Numbered from the stretch's first letter, positions 1 through 9,613 are shown. The stretch is 64,000 bases of DNA from an uncultured Dehalococcoidia bacterium (GCA_964629875.1 CAZVRK010000007.1:169-64168); one strand, 5' to 3'. Notes: generated by a model not told the origin, from the sequence alone. Program-made: numbers and translations.

Positions 1-204
1 CGAGGCGTAGGTAGTTATGTAGTAGATATGTTACCTAAAGTGAAGTTAGAAATGGTTGTCCAGGACGGGGAAACGCAAAAAGCTATTGATATAGTTATAG
101 AACATGCGCGTACGGGTAATATTGGTGATGGAAAGATATTTGTATCTCCTGTCAGCGACGCGATTAGAATAAGGACCGGTGAGCAGGGAGAATCTGCTCT
201 TTAG
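1..204 (+). CDS. glnB: Nitrogen regulatory protein P-II, C-terminal part (5' end outside the window)
   Basis: Frame 1 is open from base 1. It reads ...LPKVKLEMVVQDGETQKAIDIVIEHARTGNIGDGKIFVSPVSDAIRIRTGEQGESAL, then TAG at 202-204. GDGKIFV...IRIRTGE is the hallmark GlnB/GlnK C-terminus. It is absent from the ORF track because it has no start in the window. Confidence 0.9.
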   Translation, partial: RGVGSYVVDMLPKVKLEMVVQDGETQKAIDIVIEHARTGNIGDGKIFVSPVSDAIRIRTGEQGESAL

Positions 205-275
205 GTCGCTCATTCTGAGCATTACATCTGTCATGTGCATGACAGCATAAATGGATTAGCAGGAAGGTGTACTTC

Positions 276-755
276 ATGTCGCCAATAAACTATTGGTTAT
301 TTAAATCTGAACCTACAGCCTACTCGTACCAAGATTTGCAGAATGAAGATGATCATACTGCCGAATGGGATGGAGTAAGGAATTATCAAGCCCGCAACTT
401 AATGAGAGATGAAATGAAAATCGGGGACCGAGTATTGTTTTATCATAGTAACGCCAAGCCAATGGCGGTAATAGGGACGGCCACAATAGTCAAGGAGGCG
501 TATCCGGATCACACCGCATTGGATCCAAAGTCTAAGTACTACGATCCTAAAAGCACTCCAGACAATCCGATATGGATGATGGTAGATATAAAAGCAGATC
601 AGGCACTTGCAAGGCCTGTGACATTGCAGGAGATTAAACAAGCACCTGACCTTGAGAATATGCCTCTGGTACGAAAAGGAATGAGGCTTTCTGTACAACC
701 TGTAAGCAAATCCGAATGGGAATCAATATTGTCCATGTCAGAATTGGCAGATTAG
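276..755 (+). CDS. EVE (PUA-like) domain protein
   Basis: ATG 276 follows AGGAAGG at 261-267. The N-terminus MSPINYWLFKSEP...WDGVRNYQARN...GDRVLFYHS is typical of the EVE/thymocyte-nuclear-protein-1 fold. Confidence 0.75.
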   Translation: MSPINYWLFKSEPTAYSYQDLQNEDDHTAEWDGVRNYQARNLMRDEMKIGDRVLFYHSNAKPMAVIGTATIVKEAYPDHTALDPKSKYYDPKSTPDNPIWMMVDIKADQALARPVTLQEIKQAPDLENMPLVRKGMRLSVQPVSKSEWESILSMSELAD

Positions 756-779
756 GCACGTCTGTCTCACGTATATGTC

Positions 780-1190
780 CTATACGTTGTAGGTCATAAA
801 TTCGAGCAGGTTGTCGTCAGGGTCCCGCAGATATAGGCTTAGTGACGGCGTCGTTCCGCGTCCCCTACCTCCTGGTCTCTGCACCGGACCGGTTATCACT
901 TCGACTCCCGCTTTGCTAAGCATAGCCTGACACTCTTCTACTGTTCCTTCCCATACAAAACATATATCACCGCATCCAGGCACCGCGGTAGCTCCTCTTA
1001 AGTTAGCTACGTGTCCTTCTGGGTGAATATTTATTTTCGAGTCCCCGACTTGTATTGAAAAGGTAGGGACTTCTCCAGATCGCCATTTATCTTCGTTGTT
1101 AATCTCAAATCCCAAGGATTTATAGAACGCTATAAGTCTCTCGGCATCATTGGTTGGCATTGCTATATGGTCTATTCCGACAGTTGACAT
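780..1190 (-). CDS. VOC family protein (glyoxalase/bleomycin resistance/dioxygenase fold)
   Basis: 136 aa. GIDHIAMPTNDAERLIAFYKSLGF is a typical VOC beta-alpha-beta-beta-beta start. Confidence 0.75.
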   Translation of the reverse strand: MSTVGIDHIAMPTNDAERLIAFYKSLGFEINNEDKWRSGEVPTFSIQVGDSKINIHPEGHVANLRGATAVPGCGDICFVWEGTVEECQAMLSKAGVEVITGPVQRPGGRGRGTTPSLSLYLRDPDDNLLEFMTYNV

Positions 1191-1223
1191 AAGATTCTCC
1201 TTTAAACAACCTACATGGAGTAT

Positions 1224-2039
1224 TCAGATGATTGGATTGTGTTTCCAGAAGTCTACTAGTATATCTCGGACCTTATCGGGTTCATTTGAAAGAAGTCCGT
1301 GTTCTGCCCCTTTAATGGTATGAAATGTTGCGTTCTGAATTTTCTTATCCAAGTCTTTGCCACATCGTATAGGAATTCGGGTATCAGAGCTACCATGAAT
1401 TATTACGGTAGGCATTGTAATTTCACTTAAGCGTGCATCTATACTGTCTGCAATATCGATGTAGCTACGCATCGTTGAAACTATTCCATCATATTGTTTC
1501 AGATTGAGTTCGAGTAAATGCTGGAAATGGGCAGGTTCAGCCTCCCGAAGACCAGGTCTCCGAACGTCTAATGCATTGGCTACTTGCGTTCGTTTGCTGG
1601 AAGCTGAGGTATCCTCAAGGATAGTCAACTCTTGTTGTCTTTTGATCCTTTCATTTTGGTCGCAATACGACATGGTATTAATAAGGCCTAGCGTATGTGT
1701 CTTTTCAGGGTTATCAAGAGCGAATTGCAGGGCAATAGGCCCTCCAGCAGAGGAACCAACAATATGAGCTCTATCAAGTGAGAGGTGGGCCAGTAAATGA
1801 TATACATCTTGGGAGTAGGTTTTTATGGAATATCCGGTTATGGGAGAGTTAGATTTTCCGGCTGATCTACGGTCAAAAACTACTAGTTGGCATAATTCTG
1901 AGAGTTGCTTTGAATGTTGTGAAACGATATTTGCACTTCCTTCTCCGCCACCCAGTCCTCCGTGAATAATAACTGTTGGCTGTCCGACACCGAACACTTC
2001 GTAGTGCATATCGTAGCCATTGATAGTTTGATTCGGCAT
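1224..2039 (-). CDS. Alpha/beta hydrolase
   Basis: HGGLGGG oxyanion region and nucleophile elbow VGSSAGG (G-x-S-x-G). I place the start at the internal ATG 2039 (MPNQTINGYDMHY). The longer ORF running to 2147 adds only a low-complexity Y/I-rich leader. Confidence 0.8.
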   Translation of the reverse strand: MPNQTINGYDMHYEVFGVGQPTVIIHGGLGGGEGSANIVSQHSKQLSELCQLVVFDRRSAGKSNSPITGYSIKTYSQDVYHLLAHLSLDRAHIVGSSAGGPIALQFALDNPEKTHTLGLINTMSYCDQNERIKRQQELTILEDTSASSKRTQVANALDVRRPGLREAEPAHFQHLLELNLKQYDGIVSTMRSYIDIADSIDARLSEITMPTVIIHGSSDTRIPIRCGKDLDKKIQNATFHTIKGAEHGLLSNEPDKVRDILVDFWKHNPII

Positions 2040-2246
2040 GTACCTTCTCCAAGTACAAAATAAATATATGTAATAAATAGTAATTTGCTCATGTGTAGGT
2101 GGCAATCCCTTTATTAGGAAATCTGTATATCGATTTTCAATAACCACTTGTGTGAGTGCTTGTTAAAGTTAACGCGACGAAGAATTTGTTATATTTGGAT
2201 TGGGGTTAATGGTTTAATCCAGGTGAGGTGGCCGCTATTAGCGTCC

Positions 2247-2276
2247 TTGACAAGCTCTCTTGGTGGCCAATACAAT
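2247..2276 (+). promoter_or_regulatory. Putative sigma-70 type promoter TTGACA-18-TACAAT upstream of the HMGL-like gene
   Basis: TTGACA at 2247-2252, TACAAT at 2271-2276, about 50 nt upstream of ATG 2326. Motif match only. Confidence 0.35.
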
Positions 2277-2325
2277 TCCAGCACAATCCCGGCGGATGGG
2301 CCTATAGTAGTGATAGGAGATATTT

Positions 2326-3510
2326 ATGAGTAAATACCCAAAGATACTTTATAAAGAAGAAGGCATGCGGGAAGGCATGCAAATAGAAGATGCAAACATA
2401 GGTGTAGACGACAAAGTGGAGTTACTGGACGCCTTATCTGAGACAGGGCTGCAGCAGATAGTTGTGGGCTCGTTTGTTAGTCCGAAATGGACTCCTCAGA
2501 TGGAAAGAATCGATGAAATTGTCACCAAGTTTACACCCAAAGCAGGTGTGACCTATACGGCACTCGCATTGAACTCTAGGGGTGTAGAAAGGGCCAGAGC
2601 TTATTCGCCTCCTTTGACTATTGAAAGAGATAAATACCCACGGTTGAGTTGTCATTTCTGTGATGTATTCGTACGCAGGAATACAAACAGAAGCCAGATG
2701 CAGGAAATGGAAAGGTGGCCTCAAATTATAGCCCAAGCTCAAGAGCTCAATATAAAGGAAGCAGGTATCGGCTGTAATGCTAGCTGGGGTTCTAATTTCC
2801 TTGGTGAGTTTCCAGTAGATAGTCTGATGGTTTTGCTTGAGAAACAGCATTCTATGTGGGATGAGGTTGGTATAAATGTGGTTAGCTGCTCGTTAGGAGA
2901 TCCTATGAGCCACTGTCACCCGGCCGCGGTTGAAGAGAGTGTTTACAGGGTTAAAGAGCGCTGGCCTGAAGTAAATCACTTTAGGCTTCATCTTCACAAT
3001 GGAAGAAATATGGCAATAGCTTCTGCTTACGCAGCTATTACTACGCTAGGACCAGATGATACCCTCGAATTAGATGGGACCATTGGCGGGTATGGCGGAT
3101 GCCCCTACTGTGGGAATGGTCGTGCAACGGGTATGGCACCTACAGAAGACATAATTCATATGATGGAAGATATGGGTATAGAGACGGGCGTCGATATAGA
3201 TAAGCTAATTGATTGTGTCTGGATGGCAGAGCGTATCATTGGCAGAGAATTGTATGGACATGTATCGAAGGCTGGTCCTAGGCCAAAGACCTTAGATAAG
3301 CTCTACGATATGAATATGCCATTCGTAGAAACTATGGATCAAGCAAAACATTTCAAGACGGGAGCGGGAGCATATGAGGGTGGAATATATCCTTATGCTG
3401 AACCGATCACTAGCCCATACCGCGATAGGTTGGAAAAAGGATTACCTTTATTCGACGACGCGAATGGGGACTTTCCCTGGAAACAGGATTGGTTTCCTGC
3501 CAAAGCTTAG
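2326..3510 (+). CDS. HMGL-like DRE-TIM metallolyase (hydroxymethylglutaryl-CoA-lyase family, divergent)
   Basis: AGGAG lies before the ATG. GMREGMQIED...GSFVSPKWTPQM parallels HMG-CoA lyase PRDGLQ...TSFVSPKWVPQM. An HLHLHNGRN His pair is present. The C-terminus is about 90 aa longer than classical HMGL. Confidence 0.6.
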   Translation: MSKYPKILYKEEGMREGMQIEDANIGVDDKVELLDALSETGLQQIVVGSFVSPKWTPQMERIDEIVTKFTPKAGVTYTALALNSRGVERARAYSPPLTIERDKYPRLSCHFCDVFVRRNTNRSQMQEMERWPQIIAQAQELNIKEAGIGCNASWGSNFLGEFPVDSLMVLLEKQHSMWDEVGINVVSCSLGDPMSHCHPAAVEESVYRVKERWPEVNHFRLHLHNGRNMAIASAYAAITTLGPDDTLELDGTIGGYGGCPYCGNGRATGMAPTEDIIHMMEDMGIETGVDIDKLIDCVWMAERIIGRELYGHVSKAGPRPKTLDKLYDMNMPFVETMDQAKHFKTGAGAYEGGIYPYAEPITSPYRDRLEKGLPLFDDANGDFPWKQDWFPAKA

Positions 3511-3530
3511 GTAACCCAGTCAGGCAACAG

Positions 3531-3569
3531 AGTAAAGCACCATTGAGATCAATGGTGCTTTACTTTTTA
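3531..3569. terminator. Intrinsic terminator hairpin between convergent genes
   Basis: AGTAAAGCACCATTGA (3531-3546) is the perfect complement of TCAATGGTGCTTTACT (3549-3564), followed by TTTTT. Confidence 0.7.
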
Positions 3570-4058
3570 TGCGGTACCTAGCCAAGATTTAATAATATCT
3601 TGGTCTCTGGGAAAAGCCATCTCTGGTAAAACATCTATATCAAAAAACTCAACAGCTAATGTTTCGTCACTCGTTTGTATCGACCCTGAAATTTGCTCTC
3701 CAGAGAAAGCTATCACAATCACAGGGTGGTTCTTTTGGGAAAATACTCCTATTAAGCGGGTTATTTTAACCCTAAGCCCTGTCTCTTCAAACACTTCTCG
3801 GGCAGCAGCCTCTTCTACTATTTCACCTCTGTCTACATACCCACCAGGTAGACTCCACAATCCATAGCCCGGTTCATTTCCACGTTTTACCAATAACACC
3901 TGATTGTTATCACCAATCACGGTTGTGGCTGCTACTTTCGGATCATAATAAATAATACGCCCGCAGCCTGAACATGAGGAATTTGTTTGACCTTCATTAG
4001 GTGAGGACTTTAATTGGGCACCGCAGGTTGGGCAAAATTTGTGAGTGCTAAGAGACAT
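3567..4058 (-). CDS. NUDIX hydrolase with N-terminal zinc ribbon (NudC-like core)
   Basis: CPTCG...CSGCG Zn ribbon. The Nudix box GYVDRGEIVEEAAAREVFEETGL fits GX5EX7REUXEEXGU. Confidence 0.85.
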   Translation of the reverse strand: MSLSTHKFCPTCGAQLKSSPNEGQTNSSCSGCGRIIYYDPKVAATTVIGDNNQVLLVKRGNEPGYGLWSLPGGYVDRGEIVEEAAAREVFEETGLRVKITRLIGVFSQKNHPVIVIAFSGEQISGSIQTSDETLAVEFFDIDVLPEMAFPRDQDIIKSWLGTA

Positions 4059-4106
4059 ATATTTGCTCCCACATAATGATAGAAATGTTCCAAATTAGAG
4101 TGAAAG

Positions 4107-4739
4107 TTGTTTAGCCAACAGATAATGAATTACTTATCATGGAATGAAAACATTATTACAGAGATATCTTACTTGAAAAAATTATTTGTTGTAACGGCGT
4201 TTATTTCTTTATCGATCAGCGCGATCTTCGGCATCTCAATTTTAATCTTAGGGAACTTTGGTGAGACCCAGCAAAAGCTTTTGATAACTACAGTACTATT
4301 TGGTGCGTTTAGTATCTTGGGTATCACTCATTCAATTAGTGGTCAAAAAAGACAGTTATTACCGATACGTATATTAGGGATTGTATCGTCTGCTGGTGCT
4401 TTACTAATACTTTTATCTGCGCTTTGGTCTCTTGTAGAGATAAGGGAGTTGTCCTGGAAGATTATATTTACGCTGATATTGTTATCTGGCATGTCTGCCC
4501 ACGTATCTTTGTTGAGCATGATAAGACGGCCTAATTGGATGATCAAGGCTTGGTATTATTTTGCCGTGATTGTCCCATTTCTAGTAGTTGCCTGGATTCT
4601 AGGACATATCTGGTCTTTAATGTCTTTTGACGACGGCACATTTTTTCGTTATTTGGGGATTATACTTATTCTAGATGTACTCGGGACGGTTGGCATATTC
4701 CCGTTGAGCAGAATATACGGGAAGTTGGCAGGTAAATAA
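4107..4739 (+). CDS. Hypothetical polytopic membrane protein
   Basis: About six hydrophobic segments and no recognisable motif. The start is uncertain: TTG 4107 or ATG 4125. Confidence 0.5.
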   Translation: MFSQQIMNYLSWNENIITEISYLKKLFVVTAFISLSISAIFGISILILGNFGETQQKLLITTVLFGAFSILGITHSISGQKRQLLPIRILGIVSSAGALLILLSALWSLVEIRELSWKIIFTLILLSGMSAHVSLLSMIRRPNWMIKAWYYFAVIVPFLVVAWILGHIWSLMSFDDGTFFRYLGIILILDVLGTVGIFPLSRIYGKLAGK

Positions 4740-4769
4740 CCTGTAAGACGTATGAATCGGGAGACGAAG

Positions 4770-5681
4770 TTATAGTAGGTTTTCGATTTCTGATCGAGTT
4801 GGCATAGCGTCTTGCGCTCCGATCTTTGTGACTGCTAATGCGCCTGCTGCAGATGCGAATCTGGTTGCTTCACCCAGGGAATTATTCTCAGATAAAGAGA
4901 CGGCTAAAGCTCCATTGAATGCGTCTCCTGCTCCTACAGAGTCTACCGCTTTAACGCGAAACGGTGGGACGTAACCAGATTCACTGGTATTCGCATAAAA
5001 TGCACCATGTTCTCCCAGTTTAATTATTGCGTTAGATATTCCTTTGCCAAGCAGGTTGTATGCAGCTTTTTCAGCAGTTTCACGGTTTGTAACCGGGAAC
5101 CCAATTAATGCTTCTGCGTCTGTTTCATTGGGAGTTATCACAGAACAGTAGTTTAGTAGTTCATCCGGGAATGGGCGGACGGGGCTGGGATCCAGAATCA
5201 CGGTAACATCGTTTTGGTAGGCTTCTCGAGCAACCTCTAGCGATAGATCTATTGAAACTTCTAGTTGCAGCAATAGCGTGGATGAGCATTCAAGTAATGA
5301 GCTGATCTTTTGTTTTTCGTCGTTGCCACACGTCTCGTTGGCACCAAGAATTTGTGTTATTTGGTTTTGGGAAGAATCATCTATTAATATTATAGCTATT
5401 CCGGAACTTATATCCGATGTCCCAACGTTGGACGTATTAACTCCAGAAAGATGCAGGGCCTCTAATAGTTGCGGTCCGAATTCGTCGTTGCCTACGCGGC
5501 CTACCATTAGAGTGTTCCCTCCAGCACGTGCAGCAGCTACGGCCTGATTAGCTCCCTTACCTCCGGGATATGTCAGGAATCTAGATCCTACAACAGTTTC
5601 CCCTGGAGCAGGGAATCTAGGTGATAACGCGACTAGGTCCATATTTATGCCACCTAGCACAATAATTTGTTTCTGATCCAT
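4770..5681 (-). CDS. rbsK: Ribokinase (PfkB family)
   Basis: GGKGANQAVAAARAG and C-terminal GAGDAFNGALA signatures. The start is taken at ATG 5681 (MDQKQIIVLGGINMD). The 40-codon upstream extension of the ORF has no homology. Confidence 0.85.
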   Translation of the reverse strand: MDQKQIIVLGGINMDLVALSPRFPAPGETVVGSRFLTYPGGKGANQAVAAARAGGNTLMVGRVGNDEFGPQLLEALHLSGVNTSNVGTSDISSGIAIILIDDSSQNQITQILGANETCGNDEKQKISSLLECSSTLLLQLEVSIDLSLEVAREAYQNDVTVILDPSPVRPFPDELLNYCSVITPNETDAEALIGFPVTNRETAEKAAYNLLGKGISNAIIKLGEHGAFYANTSESGYVPPFRVKAVDSVGAGDAFNGALAVSLSENNSLGEATRFASAAGALAVTKIGAQDAMPTRSEIENLL

Positions 5682-5783
5682 TGTATTAAACCGATGCTCT
5701 ATGTTTTGATCTGAATAGGTTTTACAAACTACCACTGGCCATCTGGGTTCGTCAAATGCTTGCATTACTCTGTACAAAACACA

Positions 5784-5792
5784 TGCTATAAT
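5784..5792 (+). promoter_or_regulatory. Extended -10 box TGcTATAAT upstream of the CoA-transferase operon
   Basis: Perfect TGnTATAAT at 5784-5792, 68 nt before ATG 5860. No good -35 element. Confidence 0.35.
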
Positions 5793-5859
5793 CTGCCGCA
5801 ATGGCGTTTATTATCTTGATGAACGCTAGTGATTATCTCTTTGTAGGATACATTTATAA

Positions 5860-7077
5860 ATGAATGCAGTTCTTAAAAATATCAAAGTGGTTGACCTTAC
5901 CCGCACTCTAGCGGGTCCATTCTCAACAATGATGTTGGGGGATATGGGAGCGGAGGTCATAAAAATAGAGGAGCCTGAGAACGGAGATGAAACACGGTCT
6001 TGGACTCCATTCTGGAATGGAGAGAGTAGCGTTTTTGTTGCTTTTAACCGGAACAAAAGAGGTATCAGTGTAAACTTAAAAGAGCAGGAAGGAATAGATT
6101 TAGTTCTATCGTTGGTAAAAGACGCTGATATTGTTGTGGAAAGTTTTCGGGCTGGGGCTTTGGACAGGATGGGGTTAGGATACGCTGATATTAAAACAAT
6201 TAACCCCAATATTATATATTGTTCAATTTCAGGGTATGGTCGGACTGGGCCTTTAGCAAACAAGCCGGGATATGATCTTCTGATACAGGCCTACAGCAGT
6301 CTAATGAACCTTACAGGTGAAACTGACGGAATGCCTATGAGAGTCGGGTTTTCTTTGGTGGATTTGTTTACGGGTATGATGGCTTATGGGTCTATGATGA
6401 CGGCTTTATATCACAGGAACGTGACTGGCAAAGGGCAATGGATTGAGGCTGCCCTGCTTGATGGCCAGGTGGCTGCTATGAGCTATCATGGGACAGCGTA
6501 TCTGGCTACAGGTATTGATCCTTTGCGTATGGGTTCTGGTCATCCCAGTTTAGTGCCATATCAAAGTTTTGGTGGGTCAGATGGCAATTTTATCCTAGGA
6601 GTGGCAAACAATGGTCTTTGGCAACGATTTTGTAATTCCATAGAACATCCTGAATTGTTGGAGGATCCTAGATTTCGGACGAATGACGATCGAGTGGCTA
6701 ATCGCTCTGAATGTGTGCGGGCACTTAACAATATTTTTGGGGATAATACGGTTTCGTATTGGGTTGAGAAAATTAGTGAAGCAGGTGTTCCTTGTGGCCC
6801 TATAAATCAAGTCTCAGATGTTGTTAATGATCCTCATGTTCTCTCTAGGGATATGATTTCTGGGATAGAACACCCAAATATTCCTGATCTTCGTTTCCCA
6901 GGATCCCCCCTGAAACTTACCGAGACCCCTCCCACTATTAGACGAGCGCCCCCGTTGTTAGGGCAGCATAATGAGGAAATTTTGAATGAACTGGGGTATA
7001 GCTCAGAGTCAATAGATTCCTTAAGGGACCGGGGTGTAATAGGCAAAACCCAGTTCCCGAATGGAAAACAAGCATGA
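5860..7077 (+). CDS. Family III (CaiB/BaiF) CoA-transferase
   Basis: VVDLTRTLAGPFSTMMLGDMGAEVIKIE N-terminus. The catalytic Asp motif SLVDLFTG is retained. Confidence 0.9.
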   Translation: MNAVLKNIKVVDLTRTLAGPFSTMMLGDMGAEVIKIEEPENGDETRSWTPFWNGESSVFVAFNRNKRGISVNLKEQEGIDLVLSLVKDADIVVESFRAGALDRMGLGYADIKTINPNIIYCSISGYGRTGPLANKPGYDLLIQAYSSLMNLTGETDGMPMRVGFSLVDLFTGMMAYGSMMTALYHRNVTGKGQWIEAALLDGQVAAMSYHGTAYLATGIDPLRMGSGHPSLVPYQSFGGSDGNFILGVANNGLWQRFCNSIEHPELLEDPRFRTNDDRVANRSECVRALNNIFGDNTVSYWVEKISEAGVPCGPINQVSDVVNDPHVLSRDMISGIEHPNIPDLRFPGSPLKLTETPPTIRRAPPLLGQHNEEILNELGYSSESIDSLRDRGVIGKTQFPNGKQA

Positions 7078-7790
7078 AAAACCTGAAAATTGTACATACC
7101 TCTGATACTCATTTAGGAACTGACTGGAAACCTGAATTAGAAAAAAAAGCTTTCCGAGCTATCTTGAATGGGGCGATAGATTTAGATGCAGATGTAGTCC
7201 TGATAGTGGGTGACGTGTTTGATCATGCTAGGGTAGCAGATGAAGTTCTACAGTTTTTTGTTCACCAAATAAGGACTGCTAATATGCCTGTTGTAGTTCT
7301 TCCTGGCAATCACGATTTGTACGGGGAGAACTCTGTTTATCATAGAGAGCCGTTTAACGATATGCCGCCAAATCTTTATATTTTGTCAGACAACGATGGT
7401 GAAATCATCAGTTTTCCTGAGCTTGGTCTGGATGTTTGGGGGAGGGCAATGCTTTCTCACACCCCACAGTTCCGTCCAATATTGGGGATGCCGGTTAAAA
7501 CATCAGACAATTGGCTAGTAGCATTAGCACATGGGCATTATCATTTTGAAAATGATACGGAACTTCGCTCGTCTCCCATATATCCTGATGACGTTGCTAA
7601 TGCTACCTGTGACTACTTGGCACTTGGTCATTGGGAACGACAGGTAGATGTTTCCAACGGGAAGGTAAAAGCATTTTATTCAGGTTCTCCGTTGGGTGCC
7701 TTACAAAGCAATGAAAATGTTTCTGTTATCATGGCAGAGCTTAACGAAATGACAGGAGTAACAGTTCAACAATGTTGGTTACCTATTTAA
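7074..7790 (+). CDS. Metallophosphoesterase (Mre11/SbcD-like calcineurin fold)
   Basis: IVHTSDTHLG, VGDVFDH and LPGNHDL motifs. Its ATG overlaps the upstream stop (ATGA at 7074-7077). Confidence 0.75.
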   Translation: MKNLKIVHTSDTHLGTDWKPELEKKAFRAILNGAIDLDADVVLIVGDVFDHARVADEVLQFFVHQIRTANMPVVVLPGNHDLYGENSVYHREPFNDMPPNLYILSDNDGEIISFPELGLDVWGRAMLSHTPQFRPILGMPVKTSDNWLVALAHGHYHFENDTELRSSPIYPDDVANATCDYLALGHWERQVDVSNGKVKAFYSGSPLGALQSNENVSVIMAELNEMTGVTVQQCWLPI

Positions 7791-7808
7791 CATACGTGTA
7801 GAGGGTTT

Positions 7809-8681
7809 ATGAAAAAATTAACTCGGGACAACCCAATATATATCTTAGAGCCTGGCATGAATCCGGCTATAACAATTGATTCTGGGGAAGATCTCCTTGT
7901 AGAAACATGGGATGCGTTCGAAGGAATACGAGACCCACATGAACTGGAAGTGAAATCGTTAAAGGGACCTGCTACAGGGCCAATATATATAAACGGGGCA
8001 GAACCCGGTGATTCGTTAAAGGTGGATTTCATTAGTATCTCTCCTAAAGAAGGTGCCGCTCATATGGTCATGCCTGGTCGAGGATTCCTATATGAGGACT
8101 TTGATGAGGGATACCCTACTGTTATGCAAATCACTGATGGCAATGTAGTTTTACCAAGTGGTGTTAAGTTACCTATGTCTCCGTCAATGGGAGTAGTAGC
8201 TACTACCCCGACTTATCCCCAATGTACAGCCACTGATAGTGGTCCGTACGGTGGGGACATAGATATGAAAGAGCTTGTTGAAGGCAGTAGCATTTACCTT
8301 CCAGTTTTTGTTCCTGGTGGACTGCTGGCCCTTGGGGATTGCCACGCAGTAGTGGGAGACGGCGCCGTGGCAGGTACAGGAGCGGAATGCAGTTCGGATA
8401 CGCATATACGTGTCACTGTCGAAAAAGGTATGAATATCAGTAGTCCTAGGGCGATTACACCAGACTATTTTGTAGTGTTGTCGCATGGTGAAGATTTAGG
8501 ACCTGCGATGAAGCAGGCTGTTAGGGACATGGTTGATTTTCTGGTTACTGAGAAAGGACTAAAACCGTATGATGCTTATACTCTATGCTCACTAGCAGGT
8601 GATATTAGGGTGTCCAGAACGTTTAGGCCAATTAGTCCTGTTAAGATGATGCTATCTCGTGCGGCTTTGAACCAACTTTAG
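7809..8681 (+). CDS. Acetamidase/formamidase family protein
   Basis: GPIYINGAEPGDSLKV and GDCHAVVGDG motifs typical of the FmdA/AmdA family. Confidence 0.75.
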   Translation: MKKLTRDNPIYILEPGMNPAITIDSGEDLLVETWDAFEGIRDPHELEVKSLKGPATGPIYINGAEPGDSLKVDFISISPKEGAAHMVMPGRGFLYEDFDEGYPTVMQITDGNVVLPSGVKLPMSPSMGVVATTPTYPQCTATDSGPYGGDIDMKELVEGSSIYLPVFVPGGLLALGDCHAVVGDGAVAGTGAECSSDTHIRVTVEKGMNISSPRAITPDYFVVLSHGEDLGPAMKQAVRDMVDFLVTEKGLKPYDAYTLCSLAGDIRVSRTFRPISPVKMMLSRAALNQL

Positions 8682-8712
8682 GTTTATGCATATAGTAAGA
8701 CCTGATTTGGTT

Positions 8713-9486
8713 TTAGAAGCTAGAGTAACCTCCGTCTACCGCTATCACAGAACCGGTAACATAATCGGAAGCTGGGCTCGCTAGAAATACTGCCACTCCT
8801 GCCAACTCGTCCGGTTCGCCCCAGCGACCAGCGGGGATTCGGCTACTGATGAGTTGGTATCGCTCCTTCTGTCTTTCAGGGATCGCTGCGGTTAACTCTG
8901 TAGTGAACCAACCAGGTAATATTGCATTAGACTGGATGTTATCTTTGGCCCACGCAACTGCCAGACTTTTTGAAAGTTGGACTATTCCACCTTTACTGGA
9001 AGAATACGGGGCCCCGCTTCCACCACCGCCGAAGATAGATGTCATAGACCCTATATTTATTATCTTTCCCGAGCCTTGGTCTCGCATATGTGGGTATACA
9101 GTTTTGGAGGCTAGGAAACATGCCCTGAGGTTCACATTTAAAACATGGTCCCATTCGTCACCAGTTAAATCTTCTGGTTCTTTCCTCATAGTAACCCCGG
9201 AGTTGTTCACTAAAATATCTATGTGTCCAAATTGTTGAAGGGTTAGCGATACCATAGACTCGATCTCTAGTTCTTGAGTTACGTCTGTTGGTACCGAAAT
9301 AGCTCTGGCACCAATATTTTCTATCTGTTTTATAGCATCGGATGTTTTATCAGGGTTGCGCGCAGCTACGGCTATGTCTGCGCCAGCCCCGGCCAAACCT
9401 AATGCCATCCCTAGACCTAGCCCTCCATTCCCCCCGGTTATCAGGGCTACTTTCCCCTTTAGGTCAAATAAATCTTTTGATGTCAC
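8713..9486 (-). CDS. SDR family oxidoreductase
   Basis: TGGNGGLGLG cofactor motif, NNSG, and the catalytic YSSSK (YxxxK). Confidence 0.9.
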   Translation of the reverse strand: MTSKDLFDLKGKVALITGGNGGLGLGMALGLAGAGADIAVAARNPDKTSDAIKQIENIGARAISVPTDVTQELEIESMVSLTLQQFGHIDILVNNSGVTMRKEPEDLTGDEWDHVLNVNLRACFLASKTVYPHMRDQGSGKIINIGSMTSIFGGGGSGAPYSSSKGGIVQLSKSLAVAWAKDNIQSNAILPGWFTTELTAAIPERQKERYQLISSRIPAGRWGEPDELAGVAVFLASPASDYVTGSVIAVDGGYSSF

Positions 9487-9523
9487 GGCAACACGCTCCT
9501 ATCAGTGTTAGTTCAACTCTATC

Positions 9524-9570
9524 ATACTATTGTCTCTGCAAGGTTAGTAATGTAGAAGTAATACTATTGT
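9524..9570. repeat. 10-nt direct repeat ATACTATTGT x2 upstream of the hppA promoter
   Basis: Exact copies at 9524-9533 and 9561-9570, just upstream of the -35 box at 9585. Confidence 0.5.
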
Positions 9571-9584
9571 GCAGACCCCGCTAC

Positions 9585-9613
9585 TTGACATAAAAACAAT
9601 GCGTGTGTTAAGT
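9585..9613 (+). promoter_or_regulatory. Putative promoter TTGACA-17-TTAAGT for hppA
   Basis: TTGACA at 9585-9590, TTAAGT at 9608-9613, 38 nt before ATG 9652. Motif match only. Confidence 0.3.

Noticed and set aside
46-240. 64-aa minus-strand ORF
   Set aside because: It is antisense to the clearly recognisable P-II coding frame.
2040-2147. N-terminal extensions of track ORFs: 2147 for the hydrolase, 5801 for ribokinase, 33201 for the CoA-transferase, and 33170 for the DSD1-like gene
   Set aside because: The extensions have no family similarity and run into divergent promoter regions. Internal ATGs give canonical N-termini, some with SD sequences.
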